Positions 1 to 13,435 of a stretch of 64,000 bases of DNA are shown one piece after another. The notes below the pieces were generated by a model. The model was given only the letters and a program-made list of their open reading frames with translations. It was not told where the DNA came from and did not search any database. The position numbers and the translations under genes were made by a program. This DNA comes from Eledone cirrhosa. Lineage: Eukaryota. The stretch is taken from NCBI GenBank assembly GCA_964016885.1, contig OZ024742.1, forward strand, positions 270,134,001-270,198,000, given 5' to 3'. Numbering within the stretch: the stretch's first letter is position 1; the number at the start of each line of letters is the position of its first letter.

Positions 1-2361
1 TAATGACCAGGCAGTGAGGATTGAGACAGTACAGAAGGAGATTAGTGAACAGGCACACCAACAAACTGATTTGAGTATCACAGTTGAAACTCTTAGGTAG
101 CAGGCCAAAAAACTAACCAACTGGAAATCACCAGGCCCAGATGGTGTGCAGGGGTATTAGATTAAACATATAACATCCCTCCACCCGAAACTGACAACCA
201 TGTTCAATGACTGCTTGATGTCAGGTGAGTTACCAGAGTGGTTGACAAAATGTACTACAGTTCTGATAATGAAAGACCGAATCAAGGGTAATGATGTTAC
301 CAACTATAGACCTATCACATGTCTGTCCGTAATGCGGAAACTGTTGACAAGCATTATGTATGAGGAAATCTACCATCACCTCCACACAAACAACTTGTTA
401 CGGGACGAACAGAAAGGATGCCGAAAGAAGTCACGTGGTACAAAGGGGAGTTACTTATTGATAAGATGGTAATGAGGAATTGCAAAAGGAGACACACTGG
501 TCTTGCCATGGGATTGATAGACTACAAAAAGGCATTTGACATGGTGCCTCATTCTTGGATCACCAAAACCTGGAGATCTTCAAGGTAGCAGATAACATCA
601 GACAGTTGTTGGGCAAAAGTATGAAGTCATGGGAAACAGAGTTAACATCAACTGGAGAATCCTTGGGAAGCGTGAAGATCAAGAGAGGTATCTTCCAGGG
701 AGATAGTCTGTCCCCTCTGTTGTTTGTCCTTGCCCTGATGCCCCTGACCAGTGTACTGCGAAATGTGAGAGCAGGATACAGGTTGGGAAAGGGAGGGCTT
801 ACCATCAATCACCTCCTCTTCATGGATGATCTTAAGCTCTTCGGGAAGAGTGAGAAGGAGTTGGATGTGCTTGTTGACACTGTCCGTATTTTCACCAATG
901 ATATATGTATGCAATTTGGTATTAGTAAGTGTGGAGTCATTGTGATGAAGAGGGGTAAGTTGAGCAGAAAAAACGGAATCCAGGTACCAACGGGTGAGAT
1001 GATAAAGGAAATTGACTCTGAAGAAGGATACAAGTATTTGGGCGTTCTGGAGGCTGATGACATCAATAACAAAAAAATGAAGGAATTGATAAGAACTGAA
1101 TACATTCGGAGTGTAAGGAGCGTATTAAAGTCACATCTGAACAGTAGGAATGCCATAAGTGCAGTAAATTCCCGAGCTGTGTCTATTATTAGGTACAGTG
1201 CGGGAATTCTGAGATAGAATGTTGCTGAACAGAAATAAATGGATAGGAAGACTAGGAAGCTATTGACTATCTACAACATGTCCCACAAGAGGAGTGATGT
1301 CGATAGACTCTACTTAAGGAGATCTGAGGGTGGAAGAGGTCTTATCAGCATAGAGGACTGTGTTCAGATGGAGAAAAACAACCTACACAAATACGTGACT
1401 GATAGTAATGAGCCAATGCTCAGAACTGTACTGAAGGAGGGGACAATAGGCCAGGGGATGTCCAAGGAGGAAATAACATCAAGGAGGAAGAGCAACCTTC
1501 AGGAAAAATCCCTTCTAAGTACCTTCTTTGAGAAAACTGAATTTAGAGATCCACAGACATGGAACTGGTTGAAAAGAGGAGACCTTAAAAAGGCTACAGA
1601 AGGAATGTTAATGGCTGCGCAGGAACAGGCCCTCAAAACGATGTGGTTGAAACACCATATTTACAAGGAGGAGGCTAGTCCACTGTGCAGGATATGTGGA
1701 GAGATAGAGGAGACTGTAGCTCATATCGTATCCGAGTGTAAACACCTAGCCCAGACTCACTATAAGGGCTGGAGACATGATGTGATGGGCAGGGTGATCC
1801 ACTAGCACCTATGCAAAGTAAACAATTTACCACATTCTGAGAAGTGGTATGAGCATAAGCCATAGGCGGTGATAGAAAACGATCAGGTGAAGGTGCTGTG
1901 GCATTTTAGGATACAGACGGACAAGAAACTGGAACGCAATAGACCTGATTGGTGGTTGTGGACAAGGAAAAAAGATCGTGCCTGATTGTGGATGTGGCCT
2001 GCCCATTCGACACGAGAGTGCAAGAGGAGGAGAGGGAGAAAAGTAACCGATACCAGGACTTAAAGTGGGAGGTAAAAAGGATTTGGAACTGCCATGAAGT
2101 CAAAGTGATCCCGATTGTCATAGGCGCACTAGGGACTATCTCAAAACGTTTCCCCGGATGGTTAAAGAAAATTGGCCCCTTCACGCTTTTTGGAACGCTT
2201 CAAAAGGCATGCTTGCTGGGAACAGCAAGAACCCTCCGATACGTCCTGAATATCTGGGGCTGCAGGTAGTGGCTTGATATTCATTTCAACAAACCTTCCA
2301 GTTAACTAACATCAATGACTGAGACTCAAAGAGTAATAACAATAATAATAATATTAATAAG
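1..2361 (+). mobile_element. R4/Dong-like non-LTR retrotransposon (RT + restriction-like endonuclease), decayed, runs off the window start
   Basis: ORF pieces 200-472 (NYRPITCL), 555-1217 (GIFQGDSLSPLLF, HLLFMDDLKL), 1239-1805 (EGGRGL; CRICGEIEETVAHIVSEC zinc finger; RHD) and 1949-2269 (VVVDK..IVDVACPFD..EK..RY, PD-(D/E)xK type). Several stops and frameshifts. (TAA)n-like tail at ~2333-2360. Confidence 0.9.
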
Positions 2362-2389
2362 TAGAAGAAGAAGAAGAATGCTTTCTTTA

Positions 2390-3220
2390 TTAACCACAAG
2401 GGTTTACACAAAGTAGATATCAACGACAGTACAGGACAATACAGGACGGTACAAATGTAAAAAAAAAACAGTGGATGTAATAAAAGAACAATGAAAAATT
2501 TCCTAATAGGGGGGAGACTTCTGAGGGCCATCCTGGAGAAAGGCCATTAAAAAAAAGCCACGGTGACCCTGACCACTAGGTCAATTGGCCTCTCCCAGTT
2601 TTCCACCTTCAATTTACAGGCATCTTTCAATAAAATTGCTGGGAAGAGAGCAGTTCCCTCTCTACCTTGATTTTCCTTTACAAATGAAATTGCAAAAAGT
2701 TAATCAGGGCATCAACGAAGAGGTAAGTACTCGTCTTCAGCCCTTTCAAACGTGTCCACCATACTATCTCTTTCGCCATGGTCACCAGACAGACAACATA
2801 ATAATAATTGTTTCTACTTTTGACACAAGGCCAGCAATAACCCAGTGCATTACTGGTACTTTATTTTATCAACCCCAATTGTTTCTACTTTTGGCTCAAG
2901 GCCAGCCATTACGCATTATTTATGTCCCGATGCATTTTGTTCATTTGCACATTGGCACATTCGGGAAATCCAGTCTGTACCTGTCAGACATTTGGAAGCG
3001 TCTGAGCAGGTTTGTGAGGCTTACATACTCTCCTCTTATATATGATAGTCCCACACAGTCCCAACGTGCATCGAAGATACCGTTCTTCAGAATTTACCCT
3101 TATCATAGTACGACATAAACGGTCAGTTGTAAACAGGAAAGTCTTCCCTGGTGAGGATTTCACCTCCCAACATAACATTCATCAACCACATTGTCAGAGC
3201 TAGACGAACATGGAAACAGG
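2390..3220 (-). mobile_element. Internally deleted Tx1/L1-like fragment: 3' end joined to an APE endonuclease piece, with a SINE-tail fragment at the junction
   Basis: 2400-2800 resembles 13450-13890, and 2950-3200 resembles 16470-16750 (e.g. ttggcacattcgggaaatccagtctgtacctgtcagaca vs ctggcgcattagggaaatctagtctttacctgtcagacg). Confidence 0.75.
2805..2910 (-). mobile_element. Short deleted SINE-tail derivative (further copies at ~7125-7180 and ~9843-9885)
   Basis: Shared motif aattgtttctactttNggcacaaggccagcaattacccagt; matches the tail end of the SINE at 58120-58333. Confidence 0.65.
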
Positions 3221-3369
3221 TGGCAACCTGGAGGTTAAAGTTTTGGATATTGAAAGCACCTTCAGCTAGAAACAGATTTAAAGATATTTTGCTTAACGCG
3301 TATGAAAGTAAAGAGGAATATATATAGACATTCAATACAGAAGAGCATTGAGATTTCCTGACCAATAAT

Positions 3370-5400
3370 CTACTGAAGGCTAATAGAAAAGATCTGTGGA
3401 TATAGCAAGATTAGAGAGAGAAGGATAGTGATTTGGTGGTGGAATAATGAGGAAGAGAAGACAACTAAGCCATGGAAACAATGGGAGAACGGGCGAAGCA
3501 GGGTACACTACATAGAGACCAGAAGTGATGCTAGACTACATTTAAACTTGGCAATGTGTGAATCAGAGGATACAATAATTAAACCATATTATGCAGCGCG
3601 AGGACCAGATACAGACGGTAAGAAGTGTGACCCGGCTGGTAAATGCGCACATGCGCTCACAACCGCCAAAAGAAAAGCTGCATGGAAGAGCCATTATGAA
3701 AGATTACTGAATAAGGACAATTCATGGGGGAAAAACTCTACTCCAAGTGGATCCCACATAGGTCGCAGTCGTATAAGTCAGCTGCAGTGTAGAATTTAAG
3801 GCAATTAAGGATATGAAGACGGGAGAAGCAGCCGGCCAATCGGGAATAGTAGCCGAGAAGTTGAAAACTTCTGAGTCGGTAGGTCACTCCATAACCACAT
3901 GTATTGTAAACCAAGTAATACTAAATGATGTCATACCGAATGTGATGCAGCAGCAGCAGCATCATTGTGAACTGCTTCAAGTTTAAAGTTGATGCACTTG
4001 ATAGAAGAAAATATAAAGGCATCAAGTTGATGGACAATGTCACAAAAGTAACAGAAAGATTTATAGCACAGCTGTTTAAGTACCGTGTAAATCTTGACGA
4101 GATGCATTTCAGATTTCTGAAAGGCAAAAGCTTCACAGGTACTCTCTTCTCGGTGAAGCAGTTGCAGGAAAATTACATAGCTAAAAGCGAGCCCCTCAAC
4201 CTGTTATTTGTTTGTCTGGAAAAATCTTTCGACAGTTGCCCCTTGCCATAATCTAGTGGGCTCTTAGAAAACTAAGAGGAAATGAGTGGCTTGTGAAGGC
4301 TGTACAAACAATGTATAGAGGAGCGGTCAGCAAAGTATGATTAACAATGACTATAGCCAAGAATTTAGCTTATCGGTTGGCGTCCTTCAGGGCTCTGTTC
4401 ACATTCCTACCCTGTTTTTTATCGTAGTGCAGACTATATCAGAGGAGTTTAAGATCGGCTGCTCATGGGAACTCCTGTACGCGGATGATCTTACACTCAT
4501 AGCAGAATCCCTGGTATAACTAGAGAAGAAATTTTAGACATGGAAGCTTGGAAGCTGGGCCTAGAGACAATGGGTCTTAAAGTAAATTTACAAAGACTAA
4601 AGTCCAAGTAAGTAGAAGAGAAAACAGATCACTGATTCCCTGAGGGAAATTGCTTTGCTCAGTATGTAGGAAAGCTCTTAGTAGAAATTCCATCCTCAGC
4701 CCCAATTTCAGACAATAGGTCTGTAGTGGTATCTCGGAAAGTTTAGCAAGAATGTTGGCCTTCAATGTGGCACTTGCACCGGGACAGTAAGCAGCAAACG
4801 ACCACATGAAACAAAGGCTATGAAATTCAGGGAATGCTCGATAGAAGCCGTACACAACTTCTGCTATCTTAGTGATCAAATTAGCAGCGGAAGTGGATCT
4901 GCTGAACTTGCAGTAGCAAGAGTGAGAACGGGATGGAAGAATTTCTGGGAGCTACTAACACAGCTGGCTACAAAATGTATTCCCCTCAAAATGAAAGGCA
5001 GACTGTATTATGTGTGCATAGGAATAGCAATGTTGAATGGTAATGTGGGCAGAAGGATTGCATAGATAGGAAGGAAATTACGCTTGCATGCTACGATGTA
5101 TGTGTAATAAAATATACGTGAACGGCAAAGCATTAACGAACTGAGGGAAAAACTAAGAGGAATCAGATGCAGTGTGCAGGAGAGTACATTGTGATGCGTA
5201 TAAAGGATGCCCGCTCTATGGAAGGTTGCAGAGCAATCAAAGCCTATGGAAGCCTCTGTGTGGGGAGACCTAGGACCACTTGGGATGAGGTGATAAAAGC
5301 TGACTTTGTCCAATTGCACCTCACAAAGGCGACGACACGGGACAGATATCTCTGGCGTTACGCAGTAATATAGAAGACCCGACTTCCCACGGGCACAGAC
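3370..5400 (+). mobile_element. RTE-clade LINE, highly decayed RT region
   Basis: ORF fragments with YKGIKLMD, LLFVCLEKSFD, VGVLQGSV..PTLF, WELLYADDLTLIAES, VHNFCYLSDQI and GRPRTTWDEVIK, typical of RTE ORF2. Confidence 0.85.
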
Positions 5401-5482
5401 CGAAGCTGAAAGATATATAGGAAAAGCACCACCCCCATATATCTCCCAAGAGGACAGGTTCATATATACATCCAGTGAAGCC

Positions 5483-5625
5483 TCCAGCCCACACTGTAAA
5501 GTGTTTATAATGGTGATACGGCGAAAATCACCCAGTCCACCCTGTAAAGTGGTGTCACGACAAAAAGCACCCAGTCCACACTGTAAAATGGTCCTGTAGG
5601 TGTCACAACAACAAGCACCCAGAGG
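5483..5625 (+). repeat. Short tandem repeat, ~40-47 bp period (core cacccagtccacactgtaaa), downstream of the RTE
   Basis: Core seen at ~5485, 5529, 5568 and partially at 5616. Confidence 0.7.
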
Positions 5626-5815
5626 TAATTGCAAATGAGATTGGCGTTAGGACGGACACTCAATTCTATAAACCAGGCCAAATTCAGTTCTGTATGAGCA
5701 AACATCGTCACCTGACTTGTCATTTCCCACAACAGAGCAAATCGTCTAACACTTAGTAGCGTGTAAAAATGGACGTTACACGGTGATAGTAATGATGGTA
5801 ACACACACACACATA

Positions 5816-5867
<52 letters not shown>

Positions 5868-8078
5868 TTGCATTATACTTACTCATTCTAAAGAGACATT
5901 ATAGGAATCCAATACACAATGGCAATGCCTGCTATTATTATTTCTGTAATTTCACACCAGAAATCATTAAACACAAACCTATTACATTCCATTAGCGAAG
6001 ATGCCTTTAGCTACAGATAAAATAACTGAGTATCAAATATACACTTAAATAATTAGTACTCATATGTCATATACTTCTTCCATTCTATAGTTTAGAAAGT
6101 ATTTCAACAGATGCGAATAGCATTAATGTACAAAATAGAAATATTATTTCATAAGGTTATACTCTCATTATGGAATTTATATCTGATTATTATCAGTAGA
6201 ATTAATCTAGCAGTGAAATTGTGTCATCTTGTCATATGCTAACTATTTGGTTATTCTGAAATCTTCAATATGAATTTTATTGTCTTCCTTGAGAATGTGT
6301 GTATTGTTTCAATCTCCCCTATCCAGCTACATGTTCACACTGAAACATATTTTATTAGTAATTAATCCCGGAAGTGTATATTGTAATATTTAAATGATGG
6401 TTGTTGAAGATTTTTATAATATTCTCATATTGTACATGTAACTTCATATTTGTACGCAACTGGTCTAATTCTTAACTCCTAATTGTATAGCAAAATGTAT
6501 AAACGTTTATAAAGACGTTTCAAACTATCTGAGACTATTTTAATAGTTTAAGTGATACTTAATAAATCGTCCTCGTTGTCGAATCAACACACTTCAAGTA
6601 TTATTTTTTTTTTCTTCGAATCTGAGATGTAGAGAAGCATCATTTCACGTAGTTTCTGTTAAATTCTGACATAATTGATAAAATTTTGAATCGTTCCCGA
6701 ATAATGTAACTCATTTAGAATACGCAAAGTTGCGCTCAAATTTCTCTTCTTGGGACCATTGTCATGCTTACTTTCTGATTTCATCTAATCAGTCAATTAC
6801 ACGGCAAACTATGAAAATTGTTAGTTTTGAAGTTCAACTGCAAAAAAGAAAACTATATTTACTCTGCTTTTGTATATGGTGTACTAGCGAATATCGATAA
6901 ATGTGATGCAATGTGTGATTTCTAAGTCAATAGGAAGTGTTCTGGGGGATGTTTGACTGTTGAATCCAGGCAGGTCAAGACACACGACGGTTAGTCGTCA
7001 GGTTATACTCTAAAATTTAGAGTCACAATGATTATCTTAAAGCAATTATTATTAAGCTATTGGAACAATAGATTCAAGTTGTTGATAATCCGATGAAATC
7101 TATTGGAAGCTAATTTTAAGTAATTAATTGTTTCTACTTTTGGCACAAGGCCAGCAATTACCCAGTTCACTACTGGTAATTTTAAATAATTAATGATATG
7201 AATTAGAATAAAAGAGCAATAATATATTATTACCTCAACGACATAGGTAAACTTCTATTTTGTTTGTACATTATTTCAACAAGCTAAGATCAACAATGGA
7301 TCACATTTACTGAACCCTAATTGTATAGCTGATGTACTATGAAGTACCACCATTTAGCTTTGTATAGGAAATCGGATATATAATCTTCCAGGATAAGATT
7401 TAAAAATTTTTTTTTTTTATTCCAGACCGGAAAGGTATTGCATAAACACTTCGTAGGAGTGAAGAGCGTTCTATGCTCTTCTGTTTCGACACAGCATCAT
7501 GGTATTGTTTATGTCTATAGTTTTCTTGCCTGTAAAGACACAATAATGAAAACAAGCACTTGAAACACACAATGTAATCAAAATCAAAACAACCTAAATT
7601 GCTAAAAATATTACTCACCAGTACCAAATTAACCATCACAAAACCAACACCAACCGTCTAAAAATATGGTCGCTCTAATTGATAGCATTTCACCTGTTCA
7701 TAAACAAATTTATTCTATGCAATTAAATGTAAAGGATGTAATGATGTTATATAGCACAAACTGAACTCACCTTCAGAAACAGAAGGACAATTAATCACCA
7801 ACAATTAAGAGACCCTACACAAGACGGATACAGTTTCACAACTAGACATATGCGCAAACGAGAAGACACACAGATTCCAGGTCTTCCGACGTTAAAACGA
7901 GATGGCGCTAAATGTATTTTAATTATTCACCTAATAGACGTCAACCAAATGATTACTTAAAAAAAAAAATAATAACAACATTTTGAGCGACACTTTCCTT
8001 ATAAACCAAAAAAAAACTTTTGAACACGAACCAGATGCCAGAGAAACCACAACAGTAACACAAACCCTCCATCTGAAT

Positions 8079-8122
8079 TTTATTTTTGAAAATCATAAGT
8101 ACTGAGAAACCGATAAAGTAAA
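8079..8122 (+). ncRNA. Minimal type I hammerhead motif with a U3-A8 core variant
   Basis: tttattt TTGAAAA tca-taagtac-tga GAAA ccga TA aagtaaa. Downstream agattccagttgcattttc matches the sequence after the motif at 31579-31614. Confidence 0.6.
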
Positions 8123-8524
8123 TAATTAAATATTCTTAAAAGATTCCAGTTGCATTTTCAATTTCTTCTCCCTATACTTTCACCCTTGTGTGACATGTAT
8201 ATACACATTAAGTAAGTAACATGTGAATACAAGATATTAGACTAAATAGAGTTAATCTGCTAGTTGTGATTTTTTTTTTAAATGAATAGAAAAATAGGAT
8301 GAGTATTGACGTACATGGTACACGAATCCACAACTTTGGTTTGCCGGAGCATTATGCGGACACTACAGAAACATGACACCCATGCTTCCTTCCATTCAAT
8401 TCGTCCCATTGACATAAGGTGTAGATTTGTTCTATTATATATATATATATATATATATAAATGAAAATATAGAAAGTAAAGTGAGCAAGTAGCCAACAGT
8501 ATTTCATAATATAGAGCACCAATT

Positions 8525-8557
<33 letters not shown>

Positions 8558-8562
<5 letters not shown>

Positions 8563-9174
8563 TTGGTGCTCTGCAATAGCGATATATTTATGAATTTATG
8601 TAGGGTATATTTGGCTATATATCGTATGTTTAATTTAAAGCATTTAGAAGACTATACGCTTTCAGTTTTAAAGTAGTGACTATGTCACTTACATCTTTTC
8701 GGCGAAAGAAGGGGGAGAAGCTGACAGTCTGTTTCACGCTAGTGAAATTATAGAAGCTGGATTCTTATAGAATTCCAATTATAACTAGGAGCTGATTATA
8801 CAGAGCGATTGCCGGTCCATCCATACACGGTATATTTCTGAATATACTATAAATACATTCATGTATACATCGCTATTTTACAGCACCAATCCTAATACCT
8901 AATTTTTGCTGGACCGGCAGTCGCTCTGTATAATTAGCTGCTGAATATTACTGGAATTATATAAGAATCTAGCTTCCATAATTTTCGGCAGAAGTAGGGG
9001 AGTATGTGGCTTTATAAACACCATCCAGCGTGAAACAGACTGTCAGCTTATCTCCCTTTTTCGCTGAAAAGAAGCAAGTGACATAGTCACTACTTTAAAA
9101 CTGATAGCGGATGGCCTTCTAAATGTTTTTGATTAAATATACGGTATATTGCCAAATATACTTTAAATACATTC

Positions 9175-9177
<3 letters not shown>
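8558..9177. mobile_element. Non-coding fold-back PLE pLTR-like element in (TA)n; same family as 59877-60515
   Basis: Long imperfect inverted arms (aaagtagtgactatgtcactt / aagtgacatagtcactacttt) with a partial tandem unit between them; (TA)n on both sides. Confidence 0.75.
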
Positions 9178-9265
<88 letters not shown>

Positions 9266-9407
9266 GGAGGTGAGTTTTATTGTAGTACAATAAAGCAATA
9301 CAGATATCCGATAAGAAGCACTCTACAGTTTGTAGGACTGGAGTATACATAATATATAAGTACAAAAGATGGTTAAAGGAGTTCCATTTATTTTATTATG
9401 CGCCTTT

Positions 9408-9456
<49 letters not shown>

Positions 9457-9464
9457 GTGTGTAC

Positions 9465-9506
<42 letters not shown>

Positions 9507-9631
9507 AAATATATATATATATATATATTCTTGTTATTGTGTGTCTATCCTTTGTTCTGCCCTACATCATCTTGGTGTTTGTAAGCAGTATAATTCGGGT
9601 GATGAACCTATAGTAACCCGACGCTACATTT

Positions 9632-9694
<63 letters not shown>

Positions 9695-9698
<4 letters not shown>

Positions 9699-10330
9699 TC
9701 TTGATTTGGCCAGGGATGAATATTTACAGATACTTTTTAGGTATGACTTTCCGTATTTATCCTTTGTATGAAATATTGATTGTTCTTCCGGTATCTTATC
9801 TCTGTTTTTAGCCTAAGAAAATACCTATATGCGTGTATAAATAATTGTTTCTACTTTAGGCACAAAGCCAGCAATTACCCAGTGAATTATGGTTAAAATT
9901 ATTGAAAGAATTAATTGACCCGCGTGCATATTATTTGATTATTTTATGTTTTGCGATGACTTCCCCTTTCTGCTTGATTGCAGTGTGTGATTTCTCATTG
10001 TGAGACTGCTGGAATTTTAAATTTGGCGGTCATTCTAGCACGGAGTGGTACCATCGCTGAACATTAATATCGGTAAGGTTTTTTTTATATCGATATTTGT
10101 CGGGCATCCACTGATGATTTATAAGTGCCCACCTACATATATCCCTACGGACTATGTGTAGGATTCTACATGACCAGGACATTATTTTTCCAATTTGTAG
10201 AAAACTTATAATGAAACGATTGTTTGGAAAGAGAGATGTATTTTAATTATGTCTCATATAAAATAATAAAACTATTCGCAAAATACGTATAGTTAGCACC
10301 CCAAACGTATACTTGGGATTATACTAAGGT
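9695..10330 (+). mobile_element. Non-coding HHR-bearing repeat unit (pLTR-like); diverged copy at ~34040-34850 on the minus strand
   Basis: Colinear similarity with the reverse complement of 34040-34850 (ttttagcctaagaaaata, gctggaatttNaaatttggcggtcattc, tagttagcacccc). Confidence 0.75.
10107..10228 (+). ncRNA. Type I hammerhead motif with a 95-nt branched domain II
   Basis: tcca CTGATGA t ttataagt...acttataa t GAAA cgattg TT tgga, with internal hairpins cctacata/tgtgtagg and ttctaca/tgtagaa. Confidence 0.75.
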
Positions 10331-10401
10331 ATATCCTAATGTTTGTTGAGTGAGACGGAAGCCGGTCGGAGTATTGCTTAAAGCTTTCTCTGTTAATGTA
10401 T

Positions 10402-10519
<118 letters not shown>

Positions 10520-10554
10520 AAGAGTGAAGAATAACATGTTCAACAGTACAAAAA

Positions 10555-13435
10555 GGGTTTTATTTACAGTATTAACAATTGTTTCATTGATTAGGTATGC
10601 CTAAATGCCGCTAATCACTCGAAGTTGTGTCACTCGACCTTAAATACAGTGTATGCCTAATCAAATCATCGTAATAACTGAATAATTTACACACGGTGCT
10701 TGTATTTATACAACGGAGAATTCAAATAACAACATCAATAATAAAGAAAGAAAAATAAAAAAAATAATAAAGAAGTTAATATGAAGATTATAAAAATAAA
10801 TTAAAAAATATATACGTGAAACAATATGAACATAATACGATTGTTGATAATAGTGGTGGTGGTTAAAGTTATAGTGGTGAGTAAGTATAGAGATGTGATG
10901 AGGGTGTAAATAATATTAATATGAAAATAAATATTAAATATATACATATGTATTGGTTAAATCACAGAGGGTTAGAAAGAATATAATAATAAATAACAGA
11001 TAAAAGATAAAATTAATAAATTAGAAATTAGGTGAAAGGTGAATAGATACGGGATAGGATACAAGGGAAGAGGTGAAATTGCTTTAGGGAGAGAGAGTGA
11101 AAGAAAGGTTAGGAGATTTATGATGTTGATTTAGTGATTAGTTGGTCTGTTGACAGTTAGTAATAGTGGGTTGCTATGTAGTTATTATAATAGACTCCGG
11201 TTGGTTCAGCTTGAATTATGGGAATGCTGGATCGAATTATGTTGGTTTGAAACTTGCGAATTTAGTAGCTGCTTTGTGCATACAGAAAATTGATCATTCT
11301 ATTTTGCTGTTAAGCAGCATTTTGTCATACTTTAACATATGGAACAGCTCCATATTGCAAAGTTCGTAGTGGGACATTCCATTTCTATAGGCCTTTGCTC
11401 CCGATAATTTCGACCAACTAATCCTGTATTTTTGGTTTGTGTCATTAAGCTGCCAGATTTTATCGGCCAGCGTTGTTGTGTTTACTAGTCTACGGTTCTT
11501 CATAGAATGTCTGTGAACATACCATCTTTTTTTGAATTCTCCAGCTGTAGAACCTATGTAGTGCCATGCTAAGTTGCCCGAATTCATAGTATACAGGTAC
11601 ACTATATTTGATTCCAGGCATCTATTTTGTAGTGGGTATTTATCCGGTAAGTGACAGTTACATTTGGAGGCCTTCCTGTGTGCAGGTTCTCTGTTGCGGT
11701 TTTGTATGTTGTTATGTATAGGTTGAGATTTACGTTTATTGATATTTTATTGTGATGCGTTCTGACGTGTACTGGTTGTGATGTTGTTATGCGATTGTGT
11801 TTTGTCTTTGGTGTTATCGTGTGTGTTTGTAGATTATTTTCATTAGAGATTCTTCTATAGATTCTTCTATATTATTTTCATTAGAGATTCTAGCTATTTT
11901 AAGGTATGTGTGATTCTATTTTGGCTGCAGTAGAGTAAGATAGTTTTATATTTTTTCTGTTAAAGATTTTATGGTATTTGTGTAGTTTAGGGAAGTGCTT
12001 GTCAATCAGTTTAAAGAATGCAGAAGGTAGTTTGCGTTTTTATAGAGGAGTTGAATATTGGATTGAACCATAAGTATTTCCTATCTCTGGATTTTCTATA
12101 GTCTCCTAGGGGTCCCTATATTAGTATCCGGTTCAGTTATTTCTGGTGCTCTTTGTCTATTTCTATGTCTAGTCCTATATTTGCTATTTCTATAGGTGTG
12201 GGTAGTGTAGCTGTCGTTCGGTTTTTTGTTGTTGTCTCTATCTGGTATGTATTTAGCCTCTCCTTGTGGCCTGCCTTAAGTAAAGCTATGTTATAGTAGT
12301 TCGCCTTTTCATTAAACATTCCTAGGTTAGAAGATAAGCGTGATATTCTGAGGGATATACTATGTGCTATGGAGTTAATAATGGAGCGAGGGTGGTTTGA
12401 GTTATAACTAATGTAGGCTAGATTTTCGTTATTTTTATGGAAGGGCTCTATTAGTCCTGTGTTTAGGTTGAGTGTTACTTCTAAGAAGTTAGCTTTTTTA
12501 GAGTTAAGTTCGAAAGTGATGCCTAGGCCTAGCTTATTGAAGACGATTCTGATGTTTTTTCGTAAACTTTTCAAGTTTTGGTTATTTAAGTTTTTTGCTA
12601 AAATGAGTGTGCCGCCTCAATAAATTCCTCCGTGGAGGTTACTAAATTCCTTATGTAAGTTATGCGCTGTGTATATTCCAACAATGTATGTTACTTGAGC
12701 TGAGTCGCCTGAACCCATAGTGTTATCGAAGCTATTCTGTCTGTTTTTTACTTTCCCAGTAACTATTATCGAACCTAATGATAGTTCTCCAAGCAGCTAG
12801 TATTATTCTAATTTCATCAGAAGATAGTTCTGAGTTTTTCTGTGCAAACGCTAGTGCCTTATTTAGGGTGACCGGGGAAATGGAGGAGTAGTAGTCATTG
12901 ATGTCAACCTGTATGAAGTTGGATGTTTCCTTATCGTCCATTTTGCTAAACAAATCTATTGCTTCGTTAATGTTACTCCATAGCTTAATTATTAGTTTGT
13001 CTTTGATTTGTGCTATTATACTGTCTAATATATACTTGCTAATGTTAACTATATCCGATTTCGATAGGCATATGAATCTAATAGTGGGGTCACTAAGTCC
13101 TTCCTGCTAATGAGTGTAGATTCTGTAGTTTTCCTGTATTTGTTGTGTTATTCGCGGCGTATAAAGTTATTGTATGTGTTAAGCCTCATGGTGTATACGT
13201 TTGATATTTTATCCGCTTTTATTATAATACCGTTGGTGTTACGTAGATTTTTTAGTAGTACATTGATGTCATTTTGCAGTTTGTTGTAACCTGTCCGTTT
13301 TTTTTTATTTGGTGCCGTTTATCATGTTCAAGAGGTCAAGTTCGAAGGCATCAAGTTGGGGGTTATTCGGTGTATTTTTGCAGGATTTGAACACGTATTT
13401 TTCACTACTAAATTCCTCAGTATATATTTCCTTTT
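10555..13435 (-). mobile_element. Naiad-type Penelope-like element, decayed, with a 3' HHR-like motif at 10567-10680
   Basis: RT fragments (FIQVDINDYYSSI, ANFLEVTLNLNTG, SNHPRSI) and a GIY-YIG domain (YIGSTAGEFKKRWYVH..TTLADKIW..LLNSKIE). The 5' side abuts the 3' end of a Tx1-like element. Confidence 0.85.

Noticed and set aside
5483-5625. CRISPR-like repeat-spacer pattern
   Set aside because: Eukaryotic context, related spacers, only 3-4 degenerate units and no cas genes.
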